NCBI GenBank assembly: GCA_965267435.1
Contig: OZ253960.1
Coordinates: 4,368,505 to 4,432,504, forward strand
From: Cyclobacteriaceae bacterium
GTDB lineage: Bacteria > Bacteroidota > Bacteroidia > Cytophagales > Cyclobacteriaceae
Length of the DNA stretch: 64,000 nt
Direction: 5' to 3'
In this document: positions 9,984 to 20,154 of the stretch, piece after piece
Position numbering within the stretch: position 1 is the stretch's first letter
How the letters are laid out: the number at the start of each line of letters is the position of its first letter
Notes under the pieces: generated by a model
The model's database searches: none
What the model was told of the DNA's origin: nothing
Seen by the model: the letters and a program-made list of their open reading frames with translations, nothing else
Position numbers and translations under genes: made by a program

Positions 9984-10568
9984 ATGTTTTTAGAGCCAAG
10001 ACACAAACCAGGCAGCGATGCCTCTGGATGGATTGAATTGATCTGTGGTGGTATGTTCTCCGGGAAAACCGAGGAATTGATCCGACGCCTGAAGCGGGCG
10101 ATGATTGCCGGCCAAAAAGTGGAAATCTTCAAGCCCCATATCGACGTAAGATATAGCGCATCAAAAGTGGTATCACATGATGAAAATGAGATACACTCAG
10201 AGAGGGTACAACTTTCAAGTGATGTGCTGACCAAGAGCGGTCAAAGCGAGGTCATAGGGATCGATGAGGCGCAGTTTTTTGATGACCTACTTGTCAACGT
10301 CGCCAATCAATTGGCCAATGACGGTAAACGTGTGATCATCGCCGGGCTAGATATGGACTCAACCGGTCAGCCATTTGGTCCCGTGGACCAGCTGATGGCT
10401 TGTGCCGAGCATGTTACCAAACTCCACGCCGTTTGCATGGATTGCGGGAATATGGCTTCCTATTCTTACAGATTGAAGCAAAGTGAAGAAAAGATCGTTA
10501 TTGGTGAAAAGGATGTCTATCAGGCACTCTGTAGATCTTGTTTCAATGAAAAAATGCGTCGGAGCTAA
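9984..10568 (+). CDS. tdk: thymidine kinase
   Basis: P-loop GGMFSGKTEELIRR, IGIDEAQFF, and a C-terminal zinc ribbon (C..C ... CRSC). Start set at the ATG at 9984 (MFLEPRHK). Confidence 0.93.
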   Translation: MFLEPRHKPGSDASGWIELICGGMFSGKTEELIRRLKRAMIAGQKVEIFKPHIDVRYSASKVVSHDENEIHSERVQLSSDVLTKSGQSEVIGIDEAQFFDDLLVNVANQLANDGKRVIIAGLDMDSTGQPFGPVDQLMACAEHVTKLHAVCMDCGNMASYSYRLKQSEEKIVIGEKDVYQALCRSCFNEKMRRS

Positions 10569-12690
10569 ACTGCAGCTTCTTTTGTTGGTATTGGGTTTCC
10601 CAGCCCTCTCGCAAGACCTTCCCATAGGTGAATGGCGATATCACCTAAGCTATCAGAACGCCAGGCTGGTGACAGGTGGTGACGACGTCGTTTTCTGTGC
10701 AACCGAGAATGGTCTCTTCTCCTTTTCCGAGGGAAGCATCCGTCTTATCACCAAGAATGACGGGCTGAGCAGTGTGGGCCCTACGGCAATGGCTTTCGAC
10801 CCCTCCTCCCATACGCTTATCCTTGGCTACGCGAATAGCGTCGTAGATTTTGTCTCCCCAGAGGGCGTGGTGACGATGGACGACCTGGAAGCCTTGGACT
10901 TTGGTGTGCCAAAAGGCATCAACGAAATCACCGTAGATGCAGGCGTGGCCTACGCAGCCACAGATTTTGGCATTGTCGCCATGAACCTGGCTAACCAACA
11001 GCTGACTCAGATCTTCACTGAGATAGGCCCTGGCGGCAGCCAGGTAGCAATAAGAGGTTTGGTCACACAGAATGATACCCTCTATGCTTTGGCTGATGCG
11101 GGTGTCCTCATTGGAGCACTGGAAGACAACCTCCTTGATTTCAACAATTGGTCGCTAGTGGAGGCGCCGCTGCTCTCATCCATAGCCTCTTTCGGGGCAG
11201 CCATCGTCACGTCTCGCGCGGAGGAGTTTTTTCTTATCGACAACCAGGATCTCACCTTTGACCTTCTACTCACGGCACCCTTTGACATCGTGGACCTGGA
11301 GCAGAACTCCGGAGAGCTACTTCTTCTTGGCGGCGAGAACCTTGCCACGTGGGATGGAGCTGATCTGACAGCGATACCCGCCTCTAACCTCACGGATGGG
11401 CAGCAGCTGCTCAGTACTTCCAATGATCTCTGGATCGCTGATGCGGTGTCTGGCCTCGTCAGGAAGTCGGCGGGAGAGCAAGTGATCGTCCCCAACGGAC
11501 CCATTTCAGATGGTATTCGCCACATCAAATACGAGGAGGTGGTCTATGCTTTTTATGGAACTCACCCGACCAGTGTAGAAGTAGATTCCTCAGGTTTTTC
11601 GTTTTTTGATGAGGGAACATGGGGCAACACTACCATCGAGGGATTCTACAATATCTCAGATGTCGGCACGCTCAATAACCACGTCCTCCTCAGCTCAAAC
11701 GGTTATGGGGTATATGACGCTACGACCAACTCGACCGTGGATCTTGGGCTAGCAGGAAATCAGCAATATGTCCCGGCGCTTCTGACCCGCAACGATGGAA
11801 CCTGGGCACTGCTCTACGGCCACGATGATGCTCTGATATTCCTGGAAAGAAGCGGTGGGCTACTCCGCTTTGACCAAGCCACGGTCGGAAGCAACCAGTC
11901 GACGCAAATAGAGCAATCTGAGGCGGGAACCGTATGGTTGACCAACCCAGCGGACTTGACGGGGATCTATACCTACAATCCCATAGAGGGCCTTCGCCGT
12001 CGTATCACTACGGTTGATGACCTCCCATCCAATCGCATTAACGATGTCGTCATAGACCTGGAAGACGAGGCGTGGATAGGGACGGCACGGGGTCCTGCCT
12101 TTTTCCCGGACGCATCGTTTGTCTTCGACGAATTTGGCGCCATTGCTCCTATCTTCGAAAATGGTATCCTGCTTGAAGACGAAGAGATCACAGCACTGGC
12201 CATCGATGGCGGCAATCGCAAGTGGATCGGCACAAATGAGGGCGTATGGGTGTTCAATGGCACCGTGGACGCCCTGGATTTGAGGTTCACCGCAGAGGAC
12301 AGCCCGTTGCTGTCGGATGAGATCCGAGAGTTTGCTTACGATCCAGAGACGGGCGAGATGTTCATTTTGACGAGCCGGGGACTGTGCTCCTACCAAACAG
12401 GATCCTCTGAGGGAGGACCTACGCACCAGGACGTAACCATCTACCCCAATCCCGTCTACCCGATGGACGAGGGACCTGTAACCCTCCGCGGCCTGGCCTC
12501 CAATGCTGCAATAAAGGTCACGGATATCAATGGCCGGTTGGTCACGGAAACCGAGGCCCTGGGCGGAACTGCGACCTGGGATCTGCGCGACATAAACGGA
12601 AACATCGTCGTCGGCGGAGTATATCTGGTGTTTTCCAGCACCGAAGACGGCAAAGACACCTTTGTAGGGAAAGTAGCTGTCATCAGATGA
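10546..12690 (+). CDS. T9SS-secreted two-propeller protein (PorZ-like)
   Basis: Signal peptide MKKCVGAKLQLLLLVLGFPALSQ, about 620 aa of propeller-like repeats, and a type-A T9SS C-terminal domain (IYPNPVYP...IKVTDINGRLV...GVYLVF...GKVAVIR). The architecture matches P. gingivalis PorZ; the name is inferred. Confidence 0.7.
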   Translation: MKKCVGAKLQLLLLVLGFPALSQDLPIGEWRYHLSYQNARLVTGGDDVVFCATENGLFSFSEGSIRLITKNDGLSSVGPTAMAFDPSSHTLILGYANSVVDFVSPEGVVTMDDLEALDFGVPKGINEITVDAGVAYAATDFGIVAMNLANQQLTQIFTEIGPGGSQVAIRGLVTQNDTLYALADAGVLIGALEDNLLDFNNWSLVEAPLLSSIASFGAAIVTSRAEEFFLIDNQDLTFDLLLTAPFDIVDLEQNSGELLLLGGENLATWDGADLTAIPASNLTDGQQLLSTSNDLWIADAVSGLVRKSAGEQVIVPNGPISDGIRHIKYEEVVYAFYGTHPTSVEVDSSGFSFFDEGTWGNTTIEGFYNISDVGTLNNHVLLSSNGYGVYDATTNSTVDLGLAGNQQYVPALLTRNDGTWALLYGHDDALIFLERSGGLLRFDQATVGSNQSTQIEQSEAGTVWLTNPADLTGIYTYNPIEGLRRRITTVDDLPSNRINDVVIDLEDEAWIGTARGPAFFPDASFVFDEFGAIAPIFENGILLEDEEITALAIDGGNRKWIGTNEGVWVFNGTVDALDLRFTAEDSPLLSDEIREFAYDPETGEMFILTSRGLCSYQTGSSEGGPTHQDVTIYPNPVYPMDEGPVTLRGLASNAAIKVTDINGRLVTETEALGGTATWDLRDINGNIVVGGVYLVFSSTEDGKDTFVGKVAVIR

Positions 12691-13361
12691 TCGTCAAGAC
12701 CGAAGGAGTAACACTGGGCTACATCAAATACAAAGACAGCTCAATCATTTCCCGGGTTTATACCCGTGAGTTTGGTTTTCAATCTTTGCTGGTCAGTGGT
12801 ATCCGAAGCAAGAAATCGAAGCACAATCCCGGATACTTCGAAGGGTTCTCCATTTTGGATTTGCTTCTCTATCAAAGCAAGAGAAGCAGCCTGCACAGAT
12901 TGAGTGAATTCAAACTTAGTCAACCCACTCATTCGATCAGATCCGACGTGCGGAAGCGCTCCATTGCCCTTTTTCTTTCGGAAGTGCTGTATAGACTTCT
13001 TCAGGGAGAAGAAGGCGAGCACGGCGCTCTGTATGACTATTTGCGTGAATCCATTGTCGCCTTCGATGCCACGACCAGCGGAGTGGAGAACTTCCACTTG
13101 CAGTTTTTGCTGCGACTGGCAGGGTTCCTGGGGTTTGGTTTTGATAGTCTTGGAGCGGCGGATCAAATAGGGCTCGGACACTCAGAGGAAGTCGATAAGC
13201 TTGCAAGTATGCTCTATTACGGCGACTTCTTCGGCACCTTTCCTATCAATGGAAGGCAGCGAAGCGATATTTTGGAGGCTCTCATCAAATACTATCAGAC
13301 CCATCTGCATCAGGGCCTGGAGATCAAATCTCTGCCAGTTTTGCAGAGCATTTTTAAATAA
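12687..13361 (+). CDS. recO: DNA repair protein RecO
   Basis: 224-aa ORF with an N-terminal OB-fold-like segment (GVTLGYIKYKDSSIISRVYTREFG) and the usual RecO length. ATGA overlap with the upstream gene. Confidence 0.85.
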   Translation: MIVKTEGVTLGYIKYKDSSIISRVYTREFGFQSLLVSGIRSKKSKHNPGYFEGFSILDLLLYQSKRSSLHRLSEFKLSQPTHSIRSDVRKRSIALFLSEVLYRLLQGEEGEHGALYDYLRESIVAFDATTSGVENFHLQFLLRLAGFLGFGFDSLGAADQIGLGHSEEVDKLASMLYYGDFFGTFPINGRQRSDILEALIKYYQTHLHQGLEIKSLPVLQSIFK

Positions 13362-13423
13362 TTTGGCGCTTCATTTTCTATCCAAATGCGAGGCTGCTTA
13401 TTTTTAGTCTAAATACCCAAAGC

Positions 13424-14386
13424 ATGTCTGATAAACTATATGACGAGATCCCTTCTCTGGATCTTGCAGATTTCACCACCGGCAGCCCAGAAGCAAAAAA
13501 GAATTTTGTTGATTCACTAGGTGAAGCCTATCAAAATATTGGCTTTGTAGCCATCCGCAACCATGGGCTTTCTGATGATTTGGCGGGCCGCCTGTACGAG
13601 GCTGTTGAGGCATTTTTTGCTCTCGCTGATGATACAAAGCAACGATATGAAAGAAGTGATCTGCATGGGCAACGAGGCTACATCAGCAAGGGAAAAGAGC
13701 GCGCAAAAGGTCGGAATACAGGTGACCTAAAGGAGTTTTATCACGTCGGCCAGCCGGACGAAACGAAGCTAGAGGACTACCCAAGCAATGTCTGGCCGGA
13801 GGAGATCACGGAGTTAAAAGATCTGACGGAGAAAGCCTTCCTCGTATTGGAGGAGGCTGGGTTGCAAATGTTGCGAGCAATCGCCTTGCACCTGAATTTA
13901 GAAGAAGACTTTTTTGATAACAAAGCCCGATCCGGCAACAGCATTCTCCGTGCCATTCACTATTTCCCGATAAAGGATACCAGCAATATCCCAGATGATG
14001 CAGTACGTGCGGCAGAGCATGGAGACATCAACCTGATTACGCTGCTCATGGGTGCCAGTGCCGATGGCCTACAGGTCCAGCGAAGGGACGGACATTGGAT
14101 CCCGATCACAGCACTACCTGACCAAATAGTAGTGAACGTAGGTGACATGCTCGCTCGGCTGACCAACGACCAACTGAAGTCGACGATACATCGCGTTGTG
14201 AATCCTCCAAAGGAATTGATGCACACGAGCCGTTACTCGATTCCATTTTTTATGCACCCCCGGTCATCGATGGATCTCACGTGTCTCCCACAATGCGTGG
14301 ACGATACTAACCCCAAGAAGTACGACGACATGACAGCAGGAGAATTTTTGGACGAACGTTTGAGGGAAATTGGCTTGAAGGCCTGA
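13424..14386 (+). CDS. 2OG-Fe(II) oxygenase (isopenicillin N synthase family)
   Basis: Facial triad context AAEHGDINLITLL ... STIHRV and an N-terminal non-haem dioxygenase region. Confidence 0.85.
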   Translation: MSDKLYDEIPSLDLADFTTGSPEAKKNFVDSLGEAYQNIGFVAIRNHGLSDDLAGRLYEAVEAFFALADDTKQRYERSDLHGQRGYISKGKERAKGRNTGDLKEFYHVGQPDETKLEDYPSNVWPEEITELKDLTEKAFLVLEEAGLQMLRAIALHLNLEEDFFDNKARSGNSILRAIHYFPIKDTSNIPDDAVRAAEHGDINLITLLMGASADGLQVQRRDGHWIPITALPDQIVVNVGDMLARLTNDQLKSTIHRVVNPPKELMHTSRYSIPFFMHPRSSMDLTCLPQCVDDTNPKKYDDMTAGEFLDERLREIGLKA

Positions 14387-15567
14387 TGACAGTTCGGCGC
14401 GTCCGATATATTATCTTTTTGAGGGATGTTCTCTTCCTATCACTGACGGCTTTTGGTGGCCCTCAGGCGCACTTGGCGATGGTCATCGACACGATGGTCA
14501 AGAAGCGCCGCTACATCGACGAGCAAGGGCTGATCGAACTGTATGCCTTGTGCCAGATCTTGCCCGGCCCCACCTCGACGCAAACGATCACTTCCTTAGG
14601 ATTCCGTCTGGGTGGCCCCGGCCTCGCTTATCTCACACTGTTGTTTTGGATGCTGCCCGCGGTATCCATCATGACAGCCGCCGGCATTACGGTGAATTTC
14701 ATGCAGGAGATGAATATCTCTATTGAATTCCTGCGCTTTATTCAACCGATGGCAGTGGGTATCGTAGCGTACTCTGCGTATCGAATATCGAGTAGTGTCA
14801 TTTCGTCGAGGGTCGGTTATTTCCTCATGATCCTTTCAGCCTTCATTTCGTATTTTCTCCGGAACCCTTTCATATTCCCCTTTCTCCTGATCGCTGGTGG
14901 TATCGTCACTGCTACTCGCTACAAGAGGCAAGAGATTGAAGAGAAAAGCAGATTTAGAGTTAATTGGACCAATTTCCTGGTTTGGATTGCGGTAATGATC
15001 GCCGCCGCCGCCCTTTGGCGTGTCACCAACTGGTTTCCACTCAGGATCTTTGACAACTTTTATCGGAATGGGAGCATGATCTTCGGTGGAGGTCAGGTGC
15101 TCGTCCCGCTGCTGTTTACCGAGTTTGTAGAATTCAAAAAATACTTGACCTCCCAGGAGTTCATCTCGGGCTACGCGCTTGTACAGGCCGTACCAGGTCC
15201 GGTTTTCTCCTTCAGTTCGTACGTAGGTGCCCTGAGTATGCGCGAATGGGGCATCGGCGGCCAAGTATTGGGAGGTTTCGTCGCAGCGGCAGGGATTTTC
15301 CTCCCCGGGACTTTTTTCATCTTTTTCGCCATCAGGTTTTGGGAAAGCCTGAAGAAATACCGCGTGGTAAGAGCCTCTCTGGAAGGGATAAATGCGGTGA
15401 GCTCGGGAATGGTCATGGCCGCCACGTTTCTCCTGTTCGAGACCATCGAGCCTATTTTCATCAACTACACCCTGATGATTGGCACTGCCTGCCTCATATT
15501 CTTTACGAGATTCCCTACGCCGCTCATCATTCTGATCGGCCTGGTCGTCGGAATCATACTAAACTAA
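14386..15567 (+). CDS. chrA: chromate transporter (CHR family, two-domain)
   Basis: FGGPQAHLAM and a second FGGGQVLVPLL CHR repeat; polytopic, 393 aa. Confidence 0.88.
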   Translation: MTVRRVRYIIFLRDVLFLSLTAFGGPQAHLAMVIDTMVKKRRYIDEQGLIELYALCQILPGPTSTQTITSLGFRLGGPGLAYLTLLFWMLPAVSIMTAAGITVNFMQEMNISIEFLRFIQPMAVGIVAYSAYRISSSVISSRVGYFLMILSAFISYFLRNPFIFPFLLIAGGIVTATRYKRQEIEEKSRFRVNWTNFLVWIAVMIAAAALWRVTNWFPLRIFDNFYRNGSMIFGGGQVLVPLLFTEFVEFKKYLTSQEFISGYALVQAVPGPVFSFSSYVGALSMREWGIGGQVLGGFVAAAGIFLPGTFFIFFAIRFWESLKKYRVVRASLEGINAVSSGMVMAATFLLFETIEPIFINYTLMIGTACLIFFTRFPTPLIILIGLVVGIILN

Positions 15568-15593
15568 AAAACCCACCTGAGGGTGGGTTTTTT
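15566..15593. terminator. bidirectional intrinsic terminator between chrA and ompH
   Basis: AAAAAA-CCCACC-tgag-GGTGGG-TTTTTT: a perfect 6-bp GC-rich stem flanked by an A run and a T run, lying between convergent genes. Confidence 0.8.
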
Positions 15594-15612
15594 GATTTCA
15601 TTTACCTGCACC

Positions 15613-16146
15613 TTATTGATTAGTCGGAGGAGGGGGATCGATGCCCAGGTGAGCAAGGATCTCATCATCAAGGTTTGATTCCTCAGACGCATACAAAAGA
15701 ATGTCCAGTCCTGGAGCGCCAGCGCTAAAGACATGTGTGTAGCCATTGGCTTCGGCAACAGACCTGATGGCATTGCCGATCTTTTCAACAGCAGGTGCCA
15801 GGAGTTGGTTTCGCTTCTTCAGCAATGACTGCTCGGCCTCTGCCTGGAACTTCTGAATAGACTCCTGCAAACCCTGAAGTTCTCGCTCCCGATCTGCTCT
15901 GACAGCCTCGATCATAGTCTCAGCGTTTTGCTGATAGTCTGCGGCCTTCGTCTGGAAATCCTGGTATTTTGCCTGCAACTGATTCTGCAGCTGGGCCTCA
16001 TAGGCTTTTAGCTCAGATTCTATCTGCTTTGCTTCAGGAAGCAGTGTCAAAAGATACTCCGCGTTTGCGTACCCGATTTTTTGCTGCTGTGCAAAAGCGC
16101 TTGTCACAGTGAAAGTCAAAAGACCCAGCAAGATTGTAATTCTCAT
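15613..16146 (-). CDS. OmpH/Skp-family periplasmic chaperone
   Basis: Signal peptide MRITILLGLLTFTVTSAFAQ followed by a Q/E/A-rich coiled coil; downstream of bamA. Start set at the ATG at 16146. Confidence 0.88.
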   Translation of the reverse strand: MRITILLGLLTFTVTSAFAQQQKIGYANAEYLLTLLPEAKQIESELKAYEAQLQNQLQAKYQDFQTKAADYQQNAETMIEAVRADRERELQGLQESIQKFQAEAEQSLLKKRNQLLAPAVEKIGNAIRSVAEANGYTHVFSAGAPGLDILLYASEESNLDDEILAHLGIDPPPPTNQ

Positions 16147-16161
16147 AACTATAATTGTCAA

Positions 16162-16692
16162 TTAATTCGTTGTTTCATTTGCTCCTAAGCCCAGTTCTTC
16201 AAGGACGAAATCCGTGTAATCATGGATCGGATCAGTATAAATCATCACCAAGTCGCCTGATTTGTCAAATACGATCTGCAACCTATTATTCTTCGCTACC
16301 CGTTCAACAGCCTCAAAGACCTTATCCTGTACGGGTTTTACGAGTTCTTTCTTTTTGAGGAAATACAAGCCCTCAAATCCAAATACTTGTTTCTGATGAT
16401 CCTTGATTTCCTTCCATTGACGCTCGATCTCCATTTGGCGATCATTGCGCATGTCAACAGTTAGCAGCACTTCTTCTGCCTGGAAAGCCGCCTCCATACT
16501 TTCGGCTTCCTTAATCATCTCCTGAATTTCCGCTTCCCAAGCCTGAGCGAGCTTCTCAAGCTCAGCCTGCGCCTGCTTGTACTCAGGCAAGCGCCCCAGG
16601 ATGTAGTTGGTGTCTACGTAGCCAAATTTCTGCGCAAAAGTAAGGGGAATAGCACAAAATGCTAGGAGGCTGCAAAAAATGATTCTCTTCAT
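16162..16692 (-). CDS. OmpH/Skp-family periplasmic chaperone
   Basis: Signal peptide MKRIIFCSLLAFCAIPLTFAQ and a coiled-coil body. Start at the ATG at 16692, 2 nt after the bamA stop. Confidence 0.88.
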   Translation of the reverse strand: MKRIIFCSLLAFCAIPLTFAQKFGYVDTNYILGRLPEYKQAQAELEKLAQAWEAEIQEMIKEAESMEAAFQAEEVLLTVDMRNDRQMEIERQWKEIKDHQKQVFGFEGLYFLKKKELVKPVQDKVFEAVERVAKNNRLQIVFDKSGDLVMIYTDPIHDYTDFVLEELGLGANETTN

Positions 16693-16694
16693 AT

Positions 16695-19334
16695 CTACCT
16701 GATTTGTTGGCCAATAGAAAAATGGAACTGCGCTCCCGCAGGATTGAGGCTGCCAGGCTCGGGATCGAAACCATATCCCCAATCCAATCCAAGCAAGCCA
16801 AATGCCGGCATGAAGATCCTCACACCAAAACCAGCTGACCGCTTAAGATCATAGGGGTTGTAGAAATTGAAGTCATTCCAGTTGTTGCCGCCTTCTCCGA
16901 ATGCCAGAACGTAGATCGTTGCGCTCGGATTAAGGGAAACAGGATAGCGAATCTCCGTAACGAATTTCGTAAAGAAGAGTCCGCCTCTGATACCATTCTG
17001 ATCTACTGGGGTAATACTGTTATTGGAATAGCCCCTCAAACCAATCACGTCTGTTCCCAAGAGGAAGTTTTGACCGGTCAAACCATCACCTCCCAATGTG
17101 AACCGCTCGAAAGGTCCGGGATCGGCCTTGTCAGTATAGGTACCTATGAAACCAAAATGTGCTCTGGTCGCAATCACTAACTTATCAACGAGCTGGATAT
17201 AGTATTGCGCATCCAAATTCCATTTATGATACTCGAGCCACTTATATAGCTCTGCATTGTCAGCTGTCTCATAGTCAATATCTCTCCAAAGCGAGTGCGG
17301 AGGAGTGAGAGACACGCTGAGTGAGAGACTCGAACCTCCCCGGGGATACATAGGGTTGCTCACAGAGTTACGGGCCAGCGTGGTGTTGAAAGTGAAGCTA
17401 TTGGCGTCACCCGTCGAGAAGCCGAGAGAATTACCAAAGTTCTCAAGCGAATACTGCAAGAATCCTACAGAATTGCTAAGGGTGAAAAAGTCATCCGGCC
17501 AGGTCAGTCTGCGACCTAGGGAAAAGGTAACACCTGACACTTTCAGTGAGCCAAACACCCTGTCAGTAAATGGATCTACGGAGCGCTGCACTGAACGATT
17601 CAAGCTAATTCCAAAAGTATTGGGTCGCTTGCCCCCGAGCCACGGCTCAGTAAATCCAATAGAGTAACTCTGAAATCTTCGGCCGTTGGCCTGTAGTCGG
17701 ACACTTAACTTCTGTCCGTCACCCGTCGGCGGGAACTTCTTCAATGTCAATGCCTCCTTCATGGAGAAGTTATTGAACGTCAACCCAAGTGTACCGATGA
17801 ACCCAAATGTACCTCCCCATCCACCGGACATCTCGATCTGATCGGAAGGTCGCTCGACCAGCGCCCATTCGATATCGACTGTTTCATCCGCAGGATTCGG
17901 CTTTGGAATAGGATTCACCTGCTCCGGGTCAAAATATCCGAGTTGCGAGAGCTCTTGCTGTGTCCTTATCAACTCAGCACGGCTAAACTTCTGACCTGGA
18001 AGGGTTCTCAGCTCACGAAGGATAACATGGTCGTTCGTCTTGTCATTGCCACTGATCGTCACTTCACTAATAGTAGCCTGCGCACCTTCATAGATGCGCA
18101 TCTCCACATCAATGGAGTCTTCGTCGATACCTACTTCTACCGGTGTGACACTGAAGAATAGATAACCGTTGTCCATGTACAGCGAGCTGATATCCGGGCC
18201 TGTGGGATTGAAGTTCAGCTTCTTATTGATCAGTTCAAGATCATAGACATCGCCCTTGTTGATGGCGAGAATTCGATCTAAAGCATCGTCCTCATGAACA
18301 AAATTGCCCTCCCAGGTAATATCCCTGAAGTAGTATTTTGTGCCCTCATCTATCCCGATCTTCAATCTCAGGGATCGCTCATCTGTGCTCAGTATAGAAT
18401 CATAAGTGAGCTCCGCATCCCTGTAACCACGGGAGTTATAGAAGGCCAGTAGCATCGATTTGTCTTCTTTGAAATCGCTCTGTACGTACTTCGCGGCCTT
18501 GAAGACATTGACCTTCGCCTGCGCCGCCAGATACTCCTGCACCAGATAGGTCGTATCTCGGTGCGTCATAAATTCTACCAGATTCACAGGATTCAAGAGC
18601 TTCAAAGATTTACCAAGCAGATTAGATGGCAGCTTGAAATAAGGCCGAACTCCGGTCTTCTTCAATTTTGACCTGAGCTTGGAATCAGCAAAGGCCTCGT
18701 TGCCGACGAAATCTATGTCCTGCACCTTTACCTTCTTGCCTTTGTCCACACTTATAATTAGCACGGCACTATTCCGCAGCAAAGTATCCCTGTCCTGCCG
18801 CACATCGATGAGGGCATTGCGATAGCCCTTGCTTTCCAGGTACTTCTTTACCGTCAGTTCGGCGTTTTTCACTACGACGTCTGTCAATATACGTCCTCGA
18901 ACCAACTCCAGATCTTCCTCCACCTCACCTTCCTGAGTCCGGTTCAAACCTTCAAAAGCATACCTGGTGAGTCGCGGACGCTCCGAAAGCTCAATCACCA
19001 GATAGATTTGGTTGCCTTCAATCTTCGAGGCGCTGATAGTGATGTCGCCTATGATGCCCTGATTCCACAGTTTTTTGAGTGCGCCTGAAATCTCGTCTCC
19101 GGGAATCTTGATTTTGTCACCCACCTTGAGACCTGAGAGGGATATCAACGCATTGTTGTCCAGAAATTCAACACCCGTAACTTCTATTCCTGCGATCTCA
19201 TACTCCTTTGGGCTGGAGTAGTTGATAGCGACGTCCTGCGATTGCTGGTTATTACGGTTTCTGCCAAATAGTAATTGGCTATAGGCTGTGACCGCTAATT
19301 GATAGCAAACAACGATTAACAATAACTTCTTCAT
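16695..19334 (-). CDS. bamA: outer membrane protein assembly factor BamA (Omp85)
   Basis: 879 aa with a signal peptide, POTRA repeats and a C-terminal 16-strand barrel ending ...GAQFHFSIGQQIR. Conserved uppS-bamA-ompH-ompH order. Confidence 0.95.
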   Translation of the reverse strand: MKKLLLIVVCYQLAVTAYSQLLFGRNRNNQQSQDVAINYSSPKEYEIAGIEVTGVEFLDNNALISLSGLKVGDKIKIPGDEISGALKKLWNQGIIGDITISASKIEGNQIYLVIELSERPRLTRYAFEGLNRTQEGEVEEDLELVRGRILTDVVVKNAELTVKKYLESKGYRNALIDVRQDRDTLLRNSAVLIISVDKGKKVKVQDIDFVGNEAFADSKLRSKLKKTGVRPYFKLPSNLLGKSLKLLNPVNLVEFMTHRDTTYLVQEYLAAQAKVNVFKAAKYVQSDFKEDKSMLLAFYNSRGYRDAELTYDSILSTDERSLRLKIGIDEGTKYYFRDITWEGNFVHEDDALDRILAINKGDVYDLELINKKLNFNPTGPDISSLYMDNGYLFFSVTPVEVGIDEDSIDVEMRIYEGAQATISEVTISGNDKTNDHVILRELRTLPGQKFSRAELIRTQQELSQLGYFDPEQVNPIPKPNPADETVDIEWALVERPSDQIEMSGGWGGTFGFIGTLGLTFNNFSMKEALTLKKFPPTGDGQKLSVRLQANGRRFQSYSIGFTEPWLGGKRPNTFGISLNRSVQRSVDPFTDRVFGSLKVSGVTFSLGRRLTWPDDFFTLSNSVGFLQYSLENFGNSLGFSTGDANSFTFNTTLARNSVSNPMYPRGGSSLSLSVSLTPPHSLWRDIDYETADNAELYKWLEYHKWNLDAQYYIQLVDKLVIATRAHFGFIGTYTDKADPGPFERFTLGGDGLTGQNFLLGTDVIGLRGYSNNSITPVDQNGIRGGLFFTKFVTEIRYPVSLNPSATIYVLAFGEGGNNWNDFNFYNPYDLKRSAGFGVRIFMPAFGLLGLDWGYGFDPEPGSLNPAGAQFHFSIGQQIR

Positions 19335-20071
19335 CCAACCACTATTTGTTCGCTCGTTTTGCCAAATCTTCGTTCCCTGCTGTTGTATACATCTATAGCG
19401 GCCTGCATGTGTTTCTTTCTAAAGTCCGGCCAAAGAACTTCGGTGAAGTAGAGCTCAGTATAGGCCAGTTGCCATAGTAGGAAATTGCTAATTCTCATTT
19501 CTCCACTTGTGCGAATCATCAATTCCGGATCGGGCATGCCGGCGGTTGCCAGATAGCTATTCACGGTATTGGTATCGACGTCCTCAGATGACAGGGTACC
19601 CGCCTGCTGATCGGCCATCATCTTTTTCACTGCCTGCTCGAGATCCCATCGACCACTGTAGTTTAGGGCCAGCACAAGCGTAAGTCCCTTATTTTCAGCA
19701 GTTTCCCGCTTGGCAAATGCCAGGCGTTCCTGGGCATCTTTTGGCAGTTTGGAAATGTCACCGATAGATTCGAGCTTGACATTGTTCTTTTCCAGGGTTG
19801 GTAACTCGTCGTTTATCGTGGCGACAAGCAAGGTCATGAGACCATCCACTTCATACTTAGGTCGGGCCCAATTCTCTGTGGAAAAGGCATATAGGGTGAG
19901 ATAGTCCACGCCGTTTTCAGCGCAGAATTCAGTTGTCTCGCGCACCGCTTTGATGGCATTACGATGACCGAAAATGCGTGATGCACCCTTGCCTTGGGCC
20001 CATCTACCATTACCGTCCATAATGACAGCGATGTGTTTTGGAAACTCCCTATTTGTTGAAAGATCTTGCAT
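19331..20071 (-). CDS. uppS: isoprenyl transferase (undecaprenyl-diphosphate synthase)
   Basis: HIAVIMDGNGRWA, FSTENW and RTSGEMRISNFLLWQ motifs. Start at the ATG at 20071. Confidence 0.95.
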   Translation of the reverse strand: MQDLSTNREFPKHIAVIMDGNGRWAQGKGASRIFGHRNAIKAVRETTEFCAENGVDYLTLYAFSTENWARPKYEVDGLMTLLVATINDELPTLEKNNVKLESIGDISKLPKDAQERLAFAKRETAENKGLTLVLALNYSGRWDLEQAVKKMMADQQAGTLSSEDVDTNTVNSYLATAGMPDPELMIRTSGEMRISNFLLWQLAYTELYFTEVLWPDFRKKHMQAAIDVYNSRERRFGKTSEQIVVG

Positions 20072-20154
20072 TCCACCCACCAATCTCTGAAAGGCCTACA
20101 AAAATGGTGACTTTTTTTTAAGATACTGAAGGAAAGTGGCCGATTTAACCGGAT

